Source of the DNA: Thermoplasmata archaeon
Lineage (GTDB): Archaea > Thermoplasmatota > Thermoplasmata > Lutacidiplasmatales > UBA184
Reading direction: 5' to 3'
Assembly: GCA_030040035.1 (NCBI GenBank)
Contig: JASHUJ010000075.1
Coordinates: forward strand, 1 to 60,954
DNA length: 60,954 bases
Below the pieces are notes generated by a model. It was not told the DNA's origin. It made no database searches and worked only from the letters and a program-made list of their open reading frames with translations. Both the position numbers and the translations under genes were made by a program. Shown here one piece after another: positions 44,435 to 53,702 of the stretch (its first letter is position 1; each line of letters begins with the position of its first letter).

Positions 44435-45814
44435 TTGGCGCCGGTCCGACGTTCCGAGCCGCCGATTGCCGCGCGCCCGACGCGCGAAGAACGCTACCGT
44501 TGGGGCAAGCGCCTGCGTCAAAAGGTGCCGCGGTCGAGCCAGGCGATCTGGTCGCCGGCGCGCGATCGACCGGACCCGCTGGAACTCCTCGCCCGGTCCG
44601 ACCGGCGTCGCGTCGCGGAGCTCTTGCCCATCCGGTACGGCCGCATGTCGCTCAACCCGTTCGCCTTCCTGCGCGGCGCGGCCGACGTGATGGCGTCCGA
44701 TCTCGCGTCGACGCCCACGACCGGTCTCCGCGTGCAGCTGGGTGGGGACGCCCACTTGAGCAACTTTGGGATCTTCGGCACGCCCGAGCGGCACGAGGTC
44801 TTCGACCTCAACGATTTCGACGAGACCCTGCCCGGTCCCTGGGAGTGGGACGTGAAGCGGCTGGCCACGAGCTTCGTGGCGGGGGGTCGCGCGCACGCCC
44901 TCGCGCCGGTCGACTGCCACCGGGCCGCGCTCCGCGCGGCCCGATCGTACCGCGAGTCGATGAACTCCTACGCGTTCGAGCGATACCTCGACATCTGGTA
45001 CTCGCACCTCGACCCGGAGCAAGTCTCCGAGCAGGTGCGCCGCGGGGCCCGCCGGGTGATCGGCCGGCTCGCCCGACGGGCGCGCGGTCGGACGGTGCTG
45101 CACGTATTCCCCAAGGTCGTCCGGAAGGTCGGCGGAGGCTATCGGATCCGGGACGTCCCGCCGCTCATCGTGCACTACCCGGGACGGTGGCGGCAGGAGA
45201 TCACCCACGTACTGATCCAGCGCTATCTCGCGACGATCCCCGAGGATCGGCGGATGCTGCTCGAGCGATACCGGATCGCGGACGTGGCCCAGAAGGTCGT
45301 CGGCGTCGGCAGCGTGGGGACCCGTTGCTCGGTCATCTTGCTGGTCGGGGATCGGGACACGGACGACCCGGTGCTCCTCCAGTCGAAGCAGGCTCTCCCG
45401 TCCGCGCTCGAGCCGTATGCGGGGCCGAGCACCTACGCGAACCACGGACAGCGGGTCGTCGTCGGCCAGCACCTGATCCAGCAGTCGAGCGACAGCTTCC
45501 TCGGATGGGGGTCGATCCGGTCGGAGGACTTCTACGTTCGCCAGCTCCGCGATTGGAAGTTCTTCCCCGATCTCGACTCGATGGCGCCGAGGGAGTGGCT
45601 CGGCCATGCCGAGTTGTGCGGGGCGGCGCTCGCCCGGGCCCACGCGCGCACGGGGGACCCGGCCGCGATCAGCGGCTACCTGGGTACGAAGGGCACGTTC
45701 GAGGAGGCGATCGCACGGTTCGCCGAGGCCTACGCCGATCAGACCCAACGCGACTACGCCGAGATGATGGCGGCGATCCGGCACGGCCGCCTCCCAGCCC
45801 GGCGGGGCGCCTAG
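44435..45814 (+). CDS. DUF2252 family protein
   Basis: ELLPIRYGRMSLNPFAFLRGAA...LGGDAHLSNFGIFGTPERHEVFDLNDFDETLPGPWEWDVKRL is the hallmark DUF2252 pattern. There is no in-frame ATG near the N-terminus, so TTG at 44435 is proposed. Confidence 0.75.
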   Translation: MAPVRRSEPPIAARPTREERYRWGKRLRQKVPRSSQAIWSPARDRPDPLELLARSDRRRVAELLPIRYGRMSLNPFAFLRGAADVMASDLASTPTTGLRVQLGGDAHLSNFGIFGTPERHEVFDLNDFDETLPGPWEWDVKRLATSFVAGGRAHALAPVDCHRAALRAARSYRESMNSYAFERYLDIWYSHLDPEQVSEQVRRGARRVIGRLARRARGRTVLHVFPKVVRKVGGGYRIRDVPPLIVHYPGRWRQEITHVLIQRYLATIPEDRRMLLERYRIADVAQKVVGVGSVGTRCSVILLVGDRDTDDPVLLQSKQALPSALEPYAGPSTYANHGQRVVVGQHLIQQSSDSFLGWGSIRSEDFYVRQLRDWKFFPDLDSMAPREWLGHAELCGAALARAHARTGDPAAISGYLGTKGTFEEAIARFAEAYADQTQRDYAEMMAAIRHGRLPARRGA

Positions 45815-45947
45815 CGGATCGGCGGGCGGCGCCGGCCGCGAAGCTCCAAATACGTCGCAACCCTAGTACGCCTGGCTGTGGGGTCAGCCCGGCCCTCGTC
45901 CGAGGACCGAACCGCAGCGCGCTGCCAATGACCCCTGGGAAGAGGCA

Positions 45948-46430
45948 ATGCCCAGGGATACCGAAGCGCCACCGGAGTCGACGGCGACGAAAGGTCGGGA
46001 GCCGATGGCCCGGCCCCCCAGCGGGGGGACGTGGGTCCAGTTCTCCTCCTCGTTGAAAGAAGAGATCCGGCCGTGGATCGACCTCGACGAGGTCGAGATC
46101 GAAGGGTTCGAGACCTGGCTCCGGTCCGTGCTTCCGCTGATCCCTCGGGGCCCGTTCCACACGCCGGGCAAGCTGGCGACCGATCCGGTCCAACGGCTCT
46201 CCGAAGTGGCCCGCGCGCTGGCCGAGTGCGCCGGGGATCGGGCCCGGGCCAACTTCCAGGCCGCGACCTACTACCGGGAGAACCAGGTCCTGGCGCGTCG
46301 GGTCCGCGCGCTCGAAGCGGTCATCCGGACGACGGGATCGGACTCGGAGAAGGCGGCGCTGCTCGAGCCGGAGCCCGACGTGGACCAGGCGGCTTCGCGC
46401 TACATCCCGAAAGGCCGGGACGCGCTATGA
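45948..46430 (+). CDS. hypothetical protein
   Basis: 160-aa ORF whose stop overlaps the USP start (ATGA). No motif recognised. Confidence 0.4.
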   Translation: MPRDTEAPPESTATKGREPMARPPSGGTWVQFSSSLKEEIRPWIDLDEVEIEGFETWLRSVLPLIPRGPFHTPGKLATDPVQRLSEVARALAECAGDRARANFQAATYYRENQVLARRVRALEAVIRTTGSDSEKAALLEPEPDVDQAASRYIPKGRDAL

Positions 46431-46894
46431 GCGGCCCCGCTACCGCGTCGGGTCCTCCGTCGGCCGCCGCGCCCGCGCCGCCGGCCCGGATCGTGGTCGG
46501 GTTCGACGGATCGCCTCCCGCGAATCGCGCGGCCCGGCTCGCCCTCGCGCTCGCGCCGAGCGGAGCGGGGAACGTCTGGTTCGTGCATGCGACCCAGCCG
46601 GACCACCGGATGGCGGAGCCGCTCACGGACGAGGAGATCGTGGCCCCCAACCGCGCGGTGACGCGCGCGATGGAGTCGCTGCGCGCGTACGCCCAGCCCC
46701 GCGGCCTGTCGGCCTTCGTCGTCGATCGCGAGGGCGCCCCCGGCCCGGTGCTGATCGCGGTCGCGTCGGAGATCGGCGCGGAGCTGGTGGTCGTCGGGAC
46801 TCGGGGTCGAGGGGACGCGAGCCGGGTCCTCCTGGGTTCGGTGTCGGCGTACGTGGTGGCCCACGCGCCGGTACCGGTCGTCGTCGTCCCCTGA
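46427..46894 (+). CDS. universal stress protein (UspA family)
   Basis: IVVGFDGSPPANRAARLAL...AELVVVGTRGRGDASRVLLGSVSAYVVAHAPVPVVVV. Confidence 0.85.
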   Translation: MSGPATASGPPSAAAPAPPARIVVGFDGSPPANRAARLALALAPSGAGNVWFVHATQPDHRMAEPLTDEEIVAPNRAVTRAMESLRAYAQPRGLSAFVVDREGAPGPVLIAVASEIGAELVVVGTRGRGDASRVLLGSVSAYVVAHAPVPVVVVP

Positions 46895-46915
46895 GCGCGC
46901 GCCGTCGGGTCGCGG

Positions 46916-48190
46916 ATGGCGAACGACCGGGCGACGGCCCGTCCATCCGTTCGGATCCCGCATGACGTCTGGGCGGTCTCGATCACGAGCCTCTTCTCCG
47001 ATTGGAGCTACGAGATGCTCCTGCCCATCCTGCCGTTCTTTCTCGCCCTCGACCTCGGCGCCTCGCCGCTCGTCATCGGGTTCGTCGAGGGGGCCGCCGT
47101 TCTCGCCCAGAGCTGGACCCAGTTCGTCGCGGGACAGCGCCTCGCCGGCCGGGCGGATCGTCGGGCGGTCGGCACGGGCGGGTATGCAACCACGACCATC
47201 GCGCACGGGCTGGTCGCCCTCGCGACCGCCTGGCCGATCGCGGCCCTCCTCCGCGTCACCGCGTGGGGGGCGAGGGGCGAGCGACAACCGATCAAGAAGG
47301 CGATCCTCGCGGACGCCGCGGAGCCGGGCGCCCGCGGTCGTTCGTTCGGTCTCGAGCAGACGTTCGACTCCCTCGGAGCGGTCGGCGGCACGGCGTCGGC
47401 GGCGGTGCTGGTCGTCACCGACGGGCTCCCCGCGTTCCGATGGATCTTCGCGCTCAGCGTGCTGCCGGGGCTGGTCGCGGTCGTGCTCTTCTACCGCCTG
47501 GTCCGCGACCCGCCAGGGGCCAGCCGCGATGGACCGAGGGAAGCGGCCCGTCCTCCGCGGCCGTTCCCGCGACGGTTCCGCTGGTTCCTCGTCGCGGTCG
47601 CCGTCTTCGGTCTGGCGTACTTCAACATCCTGCTCGGTCTCCTGCGCGTCGGTACCGGCCTCCTCGCACCGGGAGGAGTCGGACCGGTCGGCGCGATCCT
47701 GGTCGCGCTCGTCGCGTACCTGCTCTACAATCTGGTCTACGCCGGCCTCTCCTATCCGGCCGGCCTCCTCGCCGTCCGATTTCCCGGGGCCGGTCTCGTG
47801 GGCGTGAGCTTCCTGCTCTTCGTGCCGGTCGACGTTCTCTTCGCGCTCACCCCGAGCGTGGGGGTCGCATTGGCCGCGTTCGGTCTCGCGGGGGCCCAGA
47901 TCGCGCTCGCCGACGTCACCACCTCGACGTGGATCGGCGGGACCGTCGACCCGGCCAGCCGGGGCCGGGCCTTCGGCTGGTTCGGGGCCGTCCAGGGAGC
48001 CGCCTCGTTGGGAGCGTCGGTGATCGTCGGCGGACTCTGGACGTACTACTCCGCGCCGGTGGCGTTCTCGGCGTCCGCGGTCCTGGCCGTACTCGGCGCC
48101 GCGTGCCTCCTGCCGATCCTCGGGAGGCGATCGGCAGGCGACGACGCCGGACCGCCCCGGGCCCCCGGCGGACGGCCCGCCGATCAATAG
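46916..48190 (+). CDS. MFS transporter
   Basis: 12-TM-type protein with SDWSYEMLLPILPFFL at the N-terminus. The 3' end overlaps the next gene convergently by 7 nt. Confidence 0.75.
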   Translation: MANDRATARPSVRIPHDVWAVSITSLFSDWSYEMLLPILPFFLALDLGASPLVIGFVEGAAVLAQSWTQFVAGQRLAGRADRRAVGTGGYATTTIAHGLVALATAWPIAALLRVTAWGARGERQPIKKAILADAAEPGARGRSFGLEQTFDSLGAVGGTASAAVLVVTDGLPAFRWIFALSVLPGLVAVVLFYRLVRDPPGASRDGPREAARPPRPFPRRFRWFLVAVAVFGLAYFNILLGLLRVGTGLLAPGGVGPVGAILVALVAYLLYNLVYAGLSYPAGLLAVRFPGAGLVGVSFLLFVPVDVLFALTPSVGVALAAFGLAGAQIALADVTTSTWIGGTVDPASRGRAFGWFGAVQGAASLGASVIVGGLWTYYSAPVAFSASAVLAVLGAACLLPILGRRSAGDDAGPPRAPGGRPADQ

Positions 48191-50187
48191 AACGCCGCGA
48201 CGTACATCACGACGAGCAGCACCACGATGAGGATGTACGCGAGATACCGACCGAGCCGTCCGGGCATCACCGCGGCCTTCAGCACCGCCGAGGTCCCCTG
48301 CCCGAGCCGGACGAGCGCCTCGTAGAACAGTTTGAAGGCGTCGAACACCTCGAGGTCCACGTTGTAGGCCGCGACGGGGTCGACGCCGGCGCCGCTCGAC
48401 TCGCCGGTCTCGGCCCGGACCTCCCGGGTCGACAGCACCGAGCGCATCATGATGCGGATCCCCGTGCCGTAGCCGAACGAGGTGTACGTCTCCCCCGGCT
48501 GCCCCGGGGGGCTTCCCGCCATCCAGATCGGCACGCGGCGTCGGGGGCGGGGACGACCGAGCGCGTAGTAGCCCGCCGCGACCGCCGCCCCGGCGACGAC
48601 GATGAACGGGATCATCGGCGGCGAGAGGATCCCGAACGGAGAGCCCGAGAGGATCGACCAGCCGTCGGGCACCGCGAGGAGCTGTCCCACGGGGGCCGCG
48701 ACCGAGCTCCCGGCGAAGCCCGAGACGGCGGGCGCGATGAACCGCAGGATCCAGGGCGCGAGGACGCCGATCGCGAGGACCATCGCCCCGACCGCCCCCA
48801 CGACCCCGCCGAGGCGCGACTCGGGCGGGCCCGCGCCCGAGGGCCGGGGGCGCCAGAGCATCGAGAAGCCGACGAACTTGACCATCGCGACCACGATCAG
48901 GCCCGCGGCGAGGGCCACCGCCGCACCGGCGAGGAGCCCCACGAACTCGACCCATGACTGACCGAAGCGGTACGATTGGAACAACGCCTCGAGCACCATC
49001 CACTCGCTCACGAATCCGGCGAGGGGCGGTCCGGCGGCCAGGCTGAGGGTGGCGATGATCGTGCCGCCGAACTCGCCCCGACTGCCCGATTTCGCCTGGC
49101 CCTCCACGGAGTTGAGGTCGAAGGTGTGCGCCGTGTGCTCGATGTACCCGGCGCTCAGGAAGAGGCCGGTCTTGGCGATCGCGTGGGCCAGGGCCTGGTA
49201 GAAGGCGGCGAAGAGCGCGAAGACGTAGAGTTCGTGCACCCCATCGCTCTGGGCGAGCAGGGCGACGCCCAGGGCGACGAGGATGAGACCGTTGTTCTCG
49301 ATGGTGCTGTAGGCCGGCAGGCCCTTCGAGTGCTCGCTCACGGCCGCGAAGAGGGCCCCGAGGAGGGCGGAGATCGCTCCGATCGCGAGGACCACGGCGC
49401 CCCACCAGAGCGGGGGGCTCGACAGGAGGCTCACGAGCCGGAAGAGCCCGTAGGCGCCCGCGAGCGTCAGGGTCGAGCTGAGGACCGCGGACGCGTTCGA
49501 CGGGGCCGAGGAATGCGCGATCGGGAGCCACTCGCTCAGATGGAACGGCGCGATGCCCATCTTGATCCCGAAGCCGAGCAGCCCCGCGACGAAGACCAGC
49601 GTCGCGAGGTCGCCCGGGCCGAGGTGCGGTCCGAAGGCGAAGACGCCGGTCCCGACGCGCAACCCGGCGAACGCGAGGGAGATGAACAGCGTGCTCGCTT
49701 CGCCGAACGCGAGAAAGACGAACGCGGCGGAGAAGATGCGCTCGCCCGGCCCCTTCGCCTGGAGGATCATGCCGTACGAGGCGAGGGTCATCGTCTCCCA
49801 GCCGATCAGGAACAGCACCTGATCCGAGGCGGCGATGAGGAGCGCGATCGAGCCGAGCGTCAGCGCGTACGTGATCGCGAGCAGCGGCGACCGCCGGTCG
49901 TCGTACGTCAGCGAATACACCGACGTGGCGACCCACACGAGCGCCGCGGCGAGCGCGAAGAACGCGGCGAGCGGGTCGAGCGTGAGGCCTTCCACGTCGC
50001 CGAGCGGGCCCGCCCACGTGGCGCCCGTCACGGAGCCGCCCGCGAGGACCAGGACCGCGACGATCCCGAGTCCCGCCGAACCGACGAGCGATCCGAGGTA
50101 CGGCCCGCGTCGGCCGAGCGGCCCCAGCGCCGCCCCGACGAAGAACGCGGCGACCGAGACCGTCAGGAGGAGCCCCGCCGGGTCCAT
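48184..50187 (-). CDS. NuoL/HyfB/MrpA-like antiporter-type membrane subunit
   Basis: 667 aa, ATG at 50187. GWETMTLASY...FGIKMGIAPFHLSEWLPIAHSSAPS. C-terminal amphipathic helix plus a terminal TM, like the NuoL lateral helix. Confidence 0.85.
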   Translation of the reverse strand: MDPAGLLLTVSVAAFFVGAALGPLGRRGPYLGSLVGSAGLGIVAVLVLAGGSVTGATWAGPLGDVEGLTLDPLAAFFALAAALVWVATSVYSLTYDDRRSPLLAITYALTLGSIALLIAASDQVLFLIGWETMTLASYGMILQAKGPGERIFSAAFVFLAFGEASTLFISLAFAGLRVGTGVFAFGPHLGPGDLATLVFVAGLLGFGIKMGIAPFHLSEWLPIAHSSAPSNASAVLSSTLTLAGAYGLFRLVSLLSSPPLWWGAVVLAIGAISALLGALFAAVSEHSKGLPAYSTIENNGLILVALGVALLAQSDGVHELYVFALFAAFYQALAHAIAKTGLFLSAGYIEHTAHTFDLNSVEGQAKSGSRGEFGGTIIATLSLAAGPPLAGFVSEWMVLEALFQSYRFGQSWVEFVGLLAGAAVALAAGLIVVAMVKFVGFSMLWRPRPSGAGPPESRLGGVVGAVGAMVLAIGVLAPWILRFIAPAVSGFAGSSVAAPVGQLLAVPDGWSILSGSPFGILSPPMIPFIVVAGAAVAAGYYALGRPRPRRRVPIWMAGSPPGQPGETYTSFGYGTGIRIMMRSVLSTREVRAETGESSGAGVDPVAAYNVDLEVFDAFKLFYEALVRLGQGTSAVLKAAVMPGRLGRYLAYILIVVLLVVMYVAAFY

Positions 50188-50188
50188 G

Positions 50189-50941
50189 TCAGTCCCCTCC
50201 GGCCGTCCGGGCGCGCCCGTGCACCCGCAGGATCGCGTCGAGGATCTCCACCGGGGCCGGGGGACACCCGGGAACAAAGACGTCGACCGGCACGAGCTCC
50301 TCCAAGCCGGCGAGGAGCCCCGGCGTCCCCGCGAACGCGCCGCCGCTGATCGGGCACACGCCGGCCGCGATCACCGCCTTCGGAGCGGGCAGGGCCTCGT
50401 ACGCGCGGAGGACGGCGGGCGCCATCTCGGGCGTGGGGATGCCCACGACGAGCAGGACATCCGCGTGGCGCGGGGAGCTGGTGAAGAAGATGCCCAGACG
50501 CTGCGAGTCGTAGAGCGGGTTCGCCAGCGCCAGGACCTCGAGATTGCAGGCATTGCAGCTGCCGGCGTCCACGAGGAAGACGTGCAGGGACCGGGGGAAC
50601 CCGACGAGCGGGGGCAGCGCCTCGACGAGGCCCGGGCCGGCCGGCGCGGCGGACCCGACGCGGAGCTCCGCCCGCCTCCCCGTCGAGGCTTCCACCGGAC
50701 CGCGGAACTCGAACCCGGCGGGCCGGCAGCGGGCGCAGCGAATGCACTTCCCTCGATCGAGCTCTTCCTCGGAGATCGCGCCGACGGGGCAGCGGGCGAC
50801 GCCGTCGTGCAGCGCCGCGTCGCCCCGGAGCGGGATGGGCGGCCGGGCGGTCTCGGGGACCTCGGCATCGGTCGCGGGCTCGGCCGGGTAGCGGCTCGTG
50901 ACGATGCCGTTCCGGGCCGCTTGTCCGATCCACGTCGGCAT
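50189..50941 (-). CDS. fusion of a single-cluster ferredoxin-like domain and a NuoB/HycG-like small subunit
   Basis: N-terminal CPVGAI...CIRCARC. C-terminal GSCNACNLE...GVCPISGG...PGCPP provides the four N2-type cluster cysteines. Confidence 0.85.
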   Translation of the reverse strand: MPTWIGQAARNGIVTSRYPAEPATDAEVPETARPPIPLRGDAALHDGVARCPVGAISEEELDRGKCIRCARCRPAGFEFRGPVEASTGRRAELRVGSAAPAGPGLVEALPPLVGFPRSLHVFLVDAGSCNACNLEVLALANPLYDSQRLGIFFTSSPRHADVLLVVGIPTPEMAPAVLRAYEALPAPKAVIAAGVCPISGGAFAGTPGLLAGLEELVPVDVFVPGCPPAPVEILDAILRVHGRARTAGGD

Positions 50942-50949
50942 CGTTCCCC

Positions 50950-52269
50950 CTACGCGTCGATCTCCGCGAAGACGAGGCCGAAGCTCTCCCACGCGAAGTG
51001 GAAATCGGTGAAGACGCCGTTGCGCAGTCCGCGGGCGAAGAGCGGGATGTTCGCCTGGCTCGCCGCGCGCATCCCGATCCGGGTCACCCGCCCATCCGAG
51101 GCCGTCACGTCGTAGACGAGGTCCCCGCTGGGGCTCTCGACCCGCGCGAGGCCCCGGCCCGGGGCGACCGGGGGGGCCGGCGAGAGGAGGCGGCCGGGAT
51201 CGCGGGGCCAGCGGTCGAGCATCTGCTCGAGCAGCAGGTAGCTCGACTGCACTTCGCGGGCCCGAACGAGCATGCGGGCGAGGGCATCTCCGGCCGACTC
51301 TTGCGACAGCTCGAGGAAGAGGTCGTTGTACGGCGTGACCGGCACGCGCAGCCGATCGTCCCACGCCACGCCGCACGCGCGCAAGGTCGGCCCGACGGCG
51401 CCCCAGCGCAGCGCCTCCTCGCGTCGCACGGGGCACGTCGCCTGGATCCGGTCGATGAACGTCCGGCTGCCGAGGAAGAGCTCCCAGAGGCGCTCGAACT
51501 GCTCCGAATGTAGGTTCAGCCGACGGCCGAGATCGCGCCGATCCGCCGCGTCGAGGTGCCGTCGGGGACCCCCCGGCAGGAGGGCGCCGAACAGCCATCG
51601 GTGACCGAAGATCGAGCCCTGGATGCGGAGCATCTCCTCCGCCAGCGCGTGCGTCTGGGCGGCGCCGACGTTCTGGCTCGCCGCCTCGGCCAGCCGGGCG
51701 AGCACGTGCACGTGGTTGTAGATCCGCTGCAGCTCCTGGGCGAGCGCCCGGACCCACAGTTCGCCCTCCGGCACTTCGATACCGGCTGCGCTCTCCGCCG
51801 CGGCGAGGTAGGCCGCGGCGTGGGCGGCCGAGAAGTTCCCGGCGAGCCGTTCGATGCGGAGCGCCCCGTCGGAAATGGGCTGCCCGGCGATCGACGTGAG
51901 GATCCGCCGCGACTTGAACCCCGTCACGGGTTCGAGGGAGAGGATCCGCTCGCCGTAGGTCCGGACCTCGAACTTCCCGCTCTCGGGCACCCCCATCGAG
52001 ACCGGCCCGTAGGGGAACGTGAAGATCCCGTACCCTTCGATCGTCTCCATCGGCCCGGCGGATCGGGTCAGTTCGGGCGTCCGGGACCGCTGCCAGGTCG
52101 CTCGGACCTCGGTGGGCACCGGGATCCGGATCCCGTGGCGAAGCACGGGCCGCCCCGTCGCGTAATCGTTGAACAGGGCGAACGTCGCGTCCTCGGGCGA
52201 GTACGCGAGCGCCCGTTCGGGGCCGTACGGATCGAACGGCTCCGTCTCGGAAGGCCGGACCGCGCTCAC
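50950..52269 (-). CDS. NuoD/[NiFe]-hydrogenase-large-subunit-like protein lacking all NiFe-ligand cysteines
   Basis: GTGA overlap at 52266-52269. GPVSMGVPESGKFEV..., ERLAGNFSAAH where group-4 hydrogenases have ERxCGxCxxxH. The C-terminus WESFGLVFAEIDA is NuoD-like, where DPCxxC is expected. Confidence 0.8.
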   Translation of the reverse strand: MSAVRPSETEPFDPYGPERALAYSPEDATFALFNDYATGRPVLRHGIRIPVPTEVRATWQRSRTPELTRSAGPMETIEGYGIFTFPYGPVSMGVPESGKFEVRTYGERILSLEPVTGFKSRRILTSIAGQPISDGALRIERLAGNFSAAHAAAYLAAAESAAGIEVPEGELWVRALAQELQRIYNHVHVLARLAEAASQNVGAAQTHALAEEMLRIQGSIFGHRWLFGALLPGGPRRHLDAADRRDLGRRLNLHSEQFERLWELFLGSRTFIDRIQATCPVRREEALRWGAVGPTLRACGVAWDDRLRVPVTPYNDLFLELSQESAGDALARMLVRAREVQSSYLLLEQMLDRWPRDPGRLLSPAPPVAPGRGLARVESPSGDLVYDVTASDGRVTRIGMRAASQANIPLFARGLRNGVFTDFHFAWESFGLVFAEIDA

Positions 52270-53702
52270 GGCGTCGAGCCTCCCAGGATCCGGGCGGCCG
52301 CGCCCAAGGCGCCCGAGAGGTAGGGGAGCGCGGCGACCCCGATCACGAGCGCCACGCCGACGTTGACGAACGCGATCCACGCCCCGTCCTCGGCCCCGGG
52401 ATGCGCCGGGCCGGGCGCGGCCGTCGGCTCGCCGAAGACCATGCGGCCGATCTGCGAGTTCACCCCGAGGAAGGCGATCAGGATCACGAGAGCGAGGAGC
52501 AGTGCCACGTCGTACCAGCCGGCCGCGAGCGCGCCCACGACGATGAGGAGCTCTCCGAGGAACGTCCCGAACGGCGGCGCGCCCGTGACCGCGAAGGCGG
52601 CCAGGATCCAGGCCCCGCTGGTGCGGGGCATCCGATGCCGGAGGTCCCGGACCTCGTCGATGCGGTTCGTGCCCGTCCCCCGCAGCACGTTGCCCGAGCA
52701 GTAGAACGCGGCCGACTTCGCGAACGCGTGGGCGACGAGCAGGACCAGGGCGCCGTAGAGCGCGACCCCCCCGAGGGCGAGCCCGACGACCGCGATGCCC
52801 ATGACCTCCATGCTCGAGTAGGCGAACAGCCGCTTGAACGACCGCTGGCGCTGGAGGAGGAACGCCCCCACGAACGCCGAGGTCAGGCCGAAGAGGATCA
52901 GGAGATCGGTGATCGCGGCCGGGGCCGGCCGGGGGAGGATCGCGTAGACCCGGGCGAACGTGTAGAGCGCGGTCGGGAGCAGCACGCCCGAGAACAACGC
53001 CGAGATCGGGGAGGGCGCTTCGGAGTGGGCATCCGGGAGCCACGAGTGCATGGGGAAGAGCCCGACCTTCGTCCCGTAGCCGACGAGGGCGAGCGCGACC
53101 GCCATCTCGATCGGGAGCGTCACCGCGGGGGGCGCGGCCGCGAGCGCGAACGCGTCGAGGGTGCCGGTCGTCGCGTAGATGAGGAGCAGCGCGAAGAGGG
53201 CGATCGTGAGGCCGGCCGAGGCGATCAGCGTGTAGCGCCAGGCCGCCTCGACGCTCGTCGGCTTGCGCTCGAGCACGATCAGGAGCGCGCTCGCGACGGT
53301 CGTCGCTTCGATCCCGATCCACATCAGACCGAGATCGGACACGACCAGCGTCGCGATCATCGCGAACGCGAAGGCGTGGAGGAGCGCGTAGTAGATCTGC
53401 GGTGTGAGGAACGGCCGGTGGACCGCCCGCAGGTACCCGTCCGAGTACCACGCCGACGTGGCGTAGATGCTGGTGACCATCACGAGGAACACCTCGCTGA
53501 GCGAGTCGAGCCCGAGGTACTCCCCCCAGCGGCCGCTGGCCCCCTCGACGAGGAGACCGAGCGCCGCGGCGAGGGCGACGAGGGACCCGATGCGCGCCGC
53601 GTCGCGCCCGACGGCGGGATACGGCACGAGCGCGAGGACCGCGCTCGCGGCCGGGGCGACGAGGAGCAGGAAGAGCCAGAGGGTGTCGAGCGCGTCGTTC
53701 AT
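52266..53702 (-). CDS. NuoN/NuoM/HyfF/MrpD-like antiporter-type subunit
   Basis: 478 aa polytopic. GYGTKVGLFPMHSWLPDAHSEAPSPISALFSG. Confidence 0.85.
   Translation of the reverse strand: MNDALDTLWLFLLLVAPAASAVLALVPYPAVGRDAARIGSLVALAAALGLLVEGASGRWGEYLGLDSLSEVFLVMVTSIYATSAWYSDGYLRAVHRPFLTPQIYYALLHAFAFAMIATLVVSDLGLMWIGIEATTVASALLIVLERKPTSVEAAWRYTLIASAGLTIALFALLLIYATTGTLDAFALAAAPPAVTLPIEMAVALALVGYGTKVGLFPMHSWLPDAHSEAPSPISALFSGVLLPTALYTFARVYAILPRPAPAAITDLLILFGLTSAFVGAFLLQRQRSFKRLFAYSSMEVMGIAVVGLALGGVALYGALVLLVAHAFAKSAAFYCSGNVLRGTGTNRIDEVRDLRHRMPRTSGAWILAAFAVTGAPPFGTFLGELLIVVGALAAGWYDVALLLALVILIAFLGVNSQIGRMVFGEPTAAPGPAHPGAEDGAWIAFVNVGVALVIGVAALPYLSGALGAAARILGGSTP

Noticed and set aside
46400-50017. 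1205-aa minus-strand ORF spanning the USP, MFS and HyfB-like regions. Similar shadow ORFs occur elsewhere (11974..14112, 17113..19530 N-terminal part, 5523..7295, 6860..8779).
   Set aside because: Shadow-frame composition (runs of R, G, P, D, E). Each overlaps genes with clear family signatures in another frame or on the other strand.
50950-53451. Calling the large subunit a bona fide [NiFe] hydrogenase (HycE/MbhL), and using the full 833-aa track ORF.
   Set aside because: All four NiFe-ligand cysteines are absent (LAGNF and a NuoD-like C-terminus). The N-terminal 390 codons of the track ORF overlap the HyfF-like gene in another frame, and the GTG at 52269 gives a GTGA-coupled 439-aa protein.
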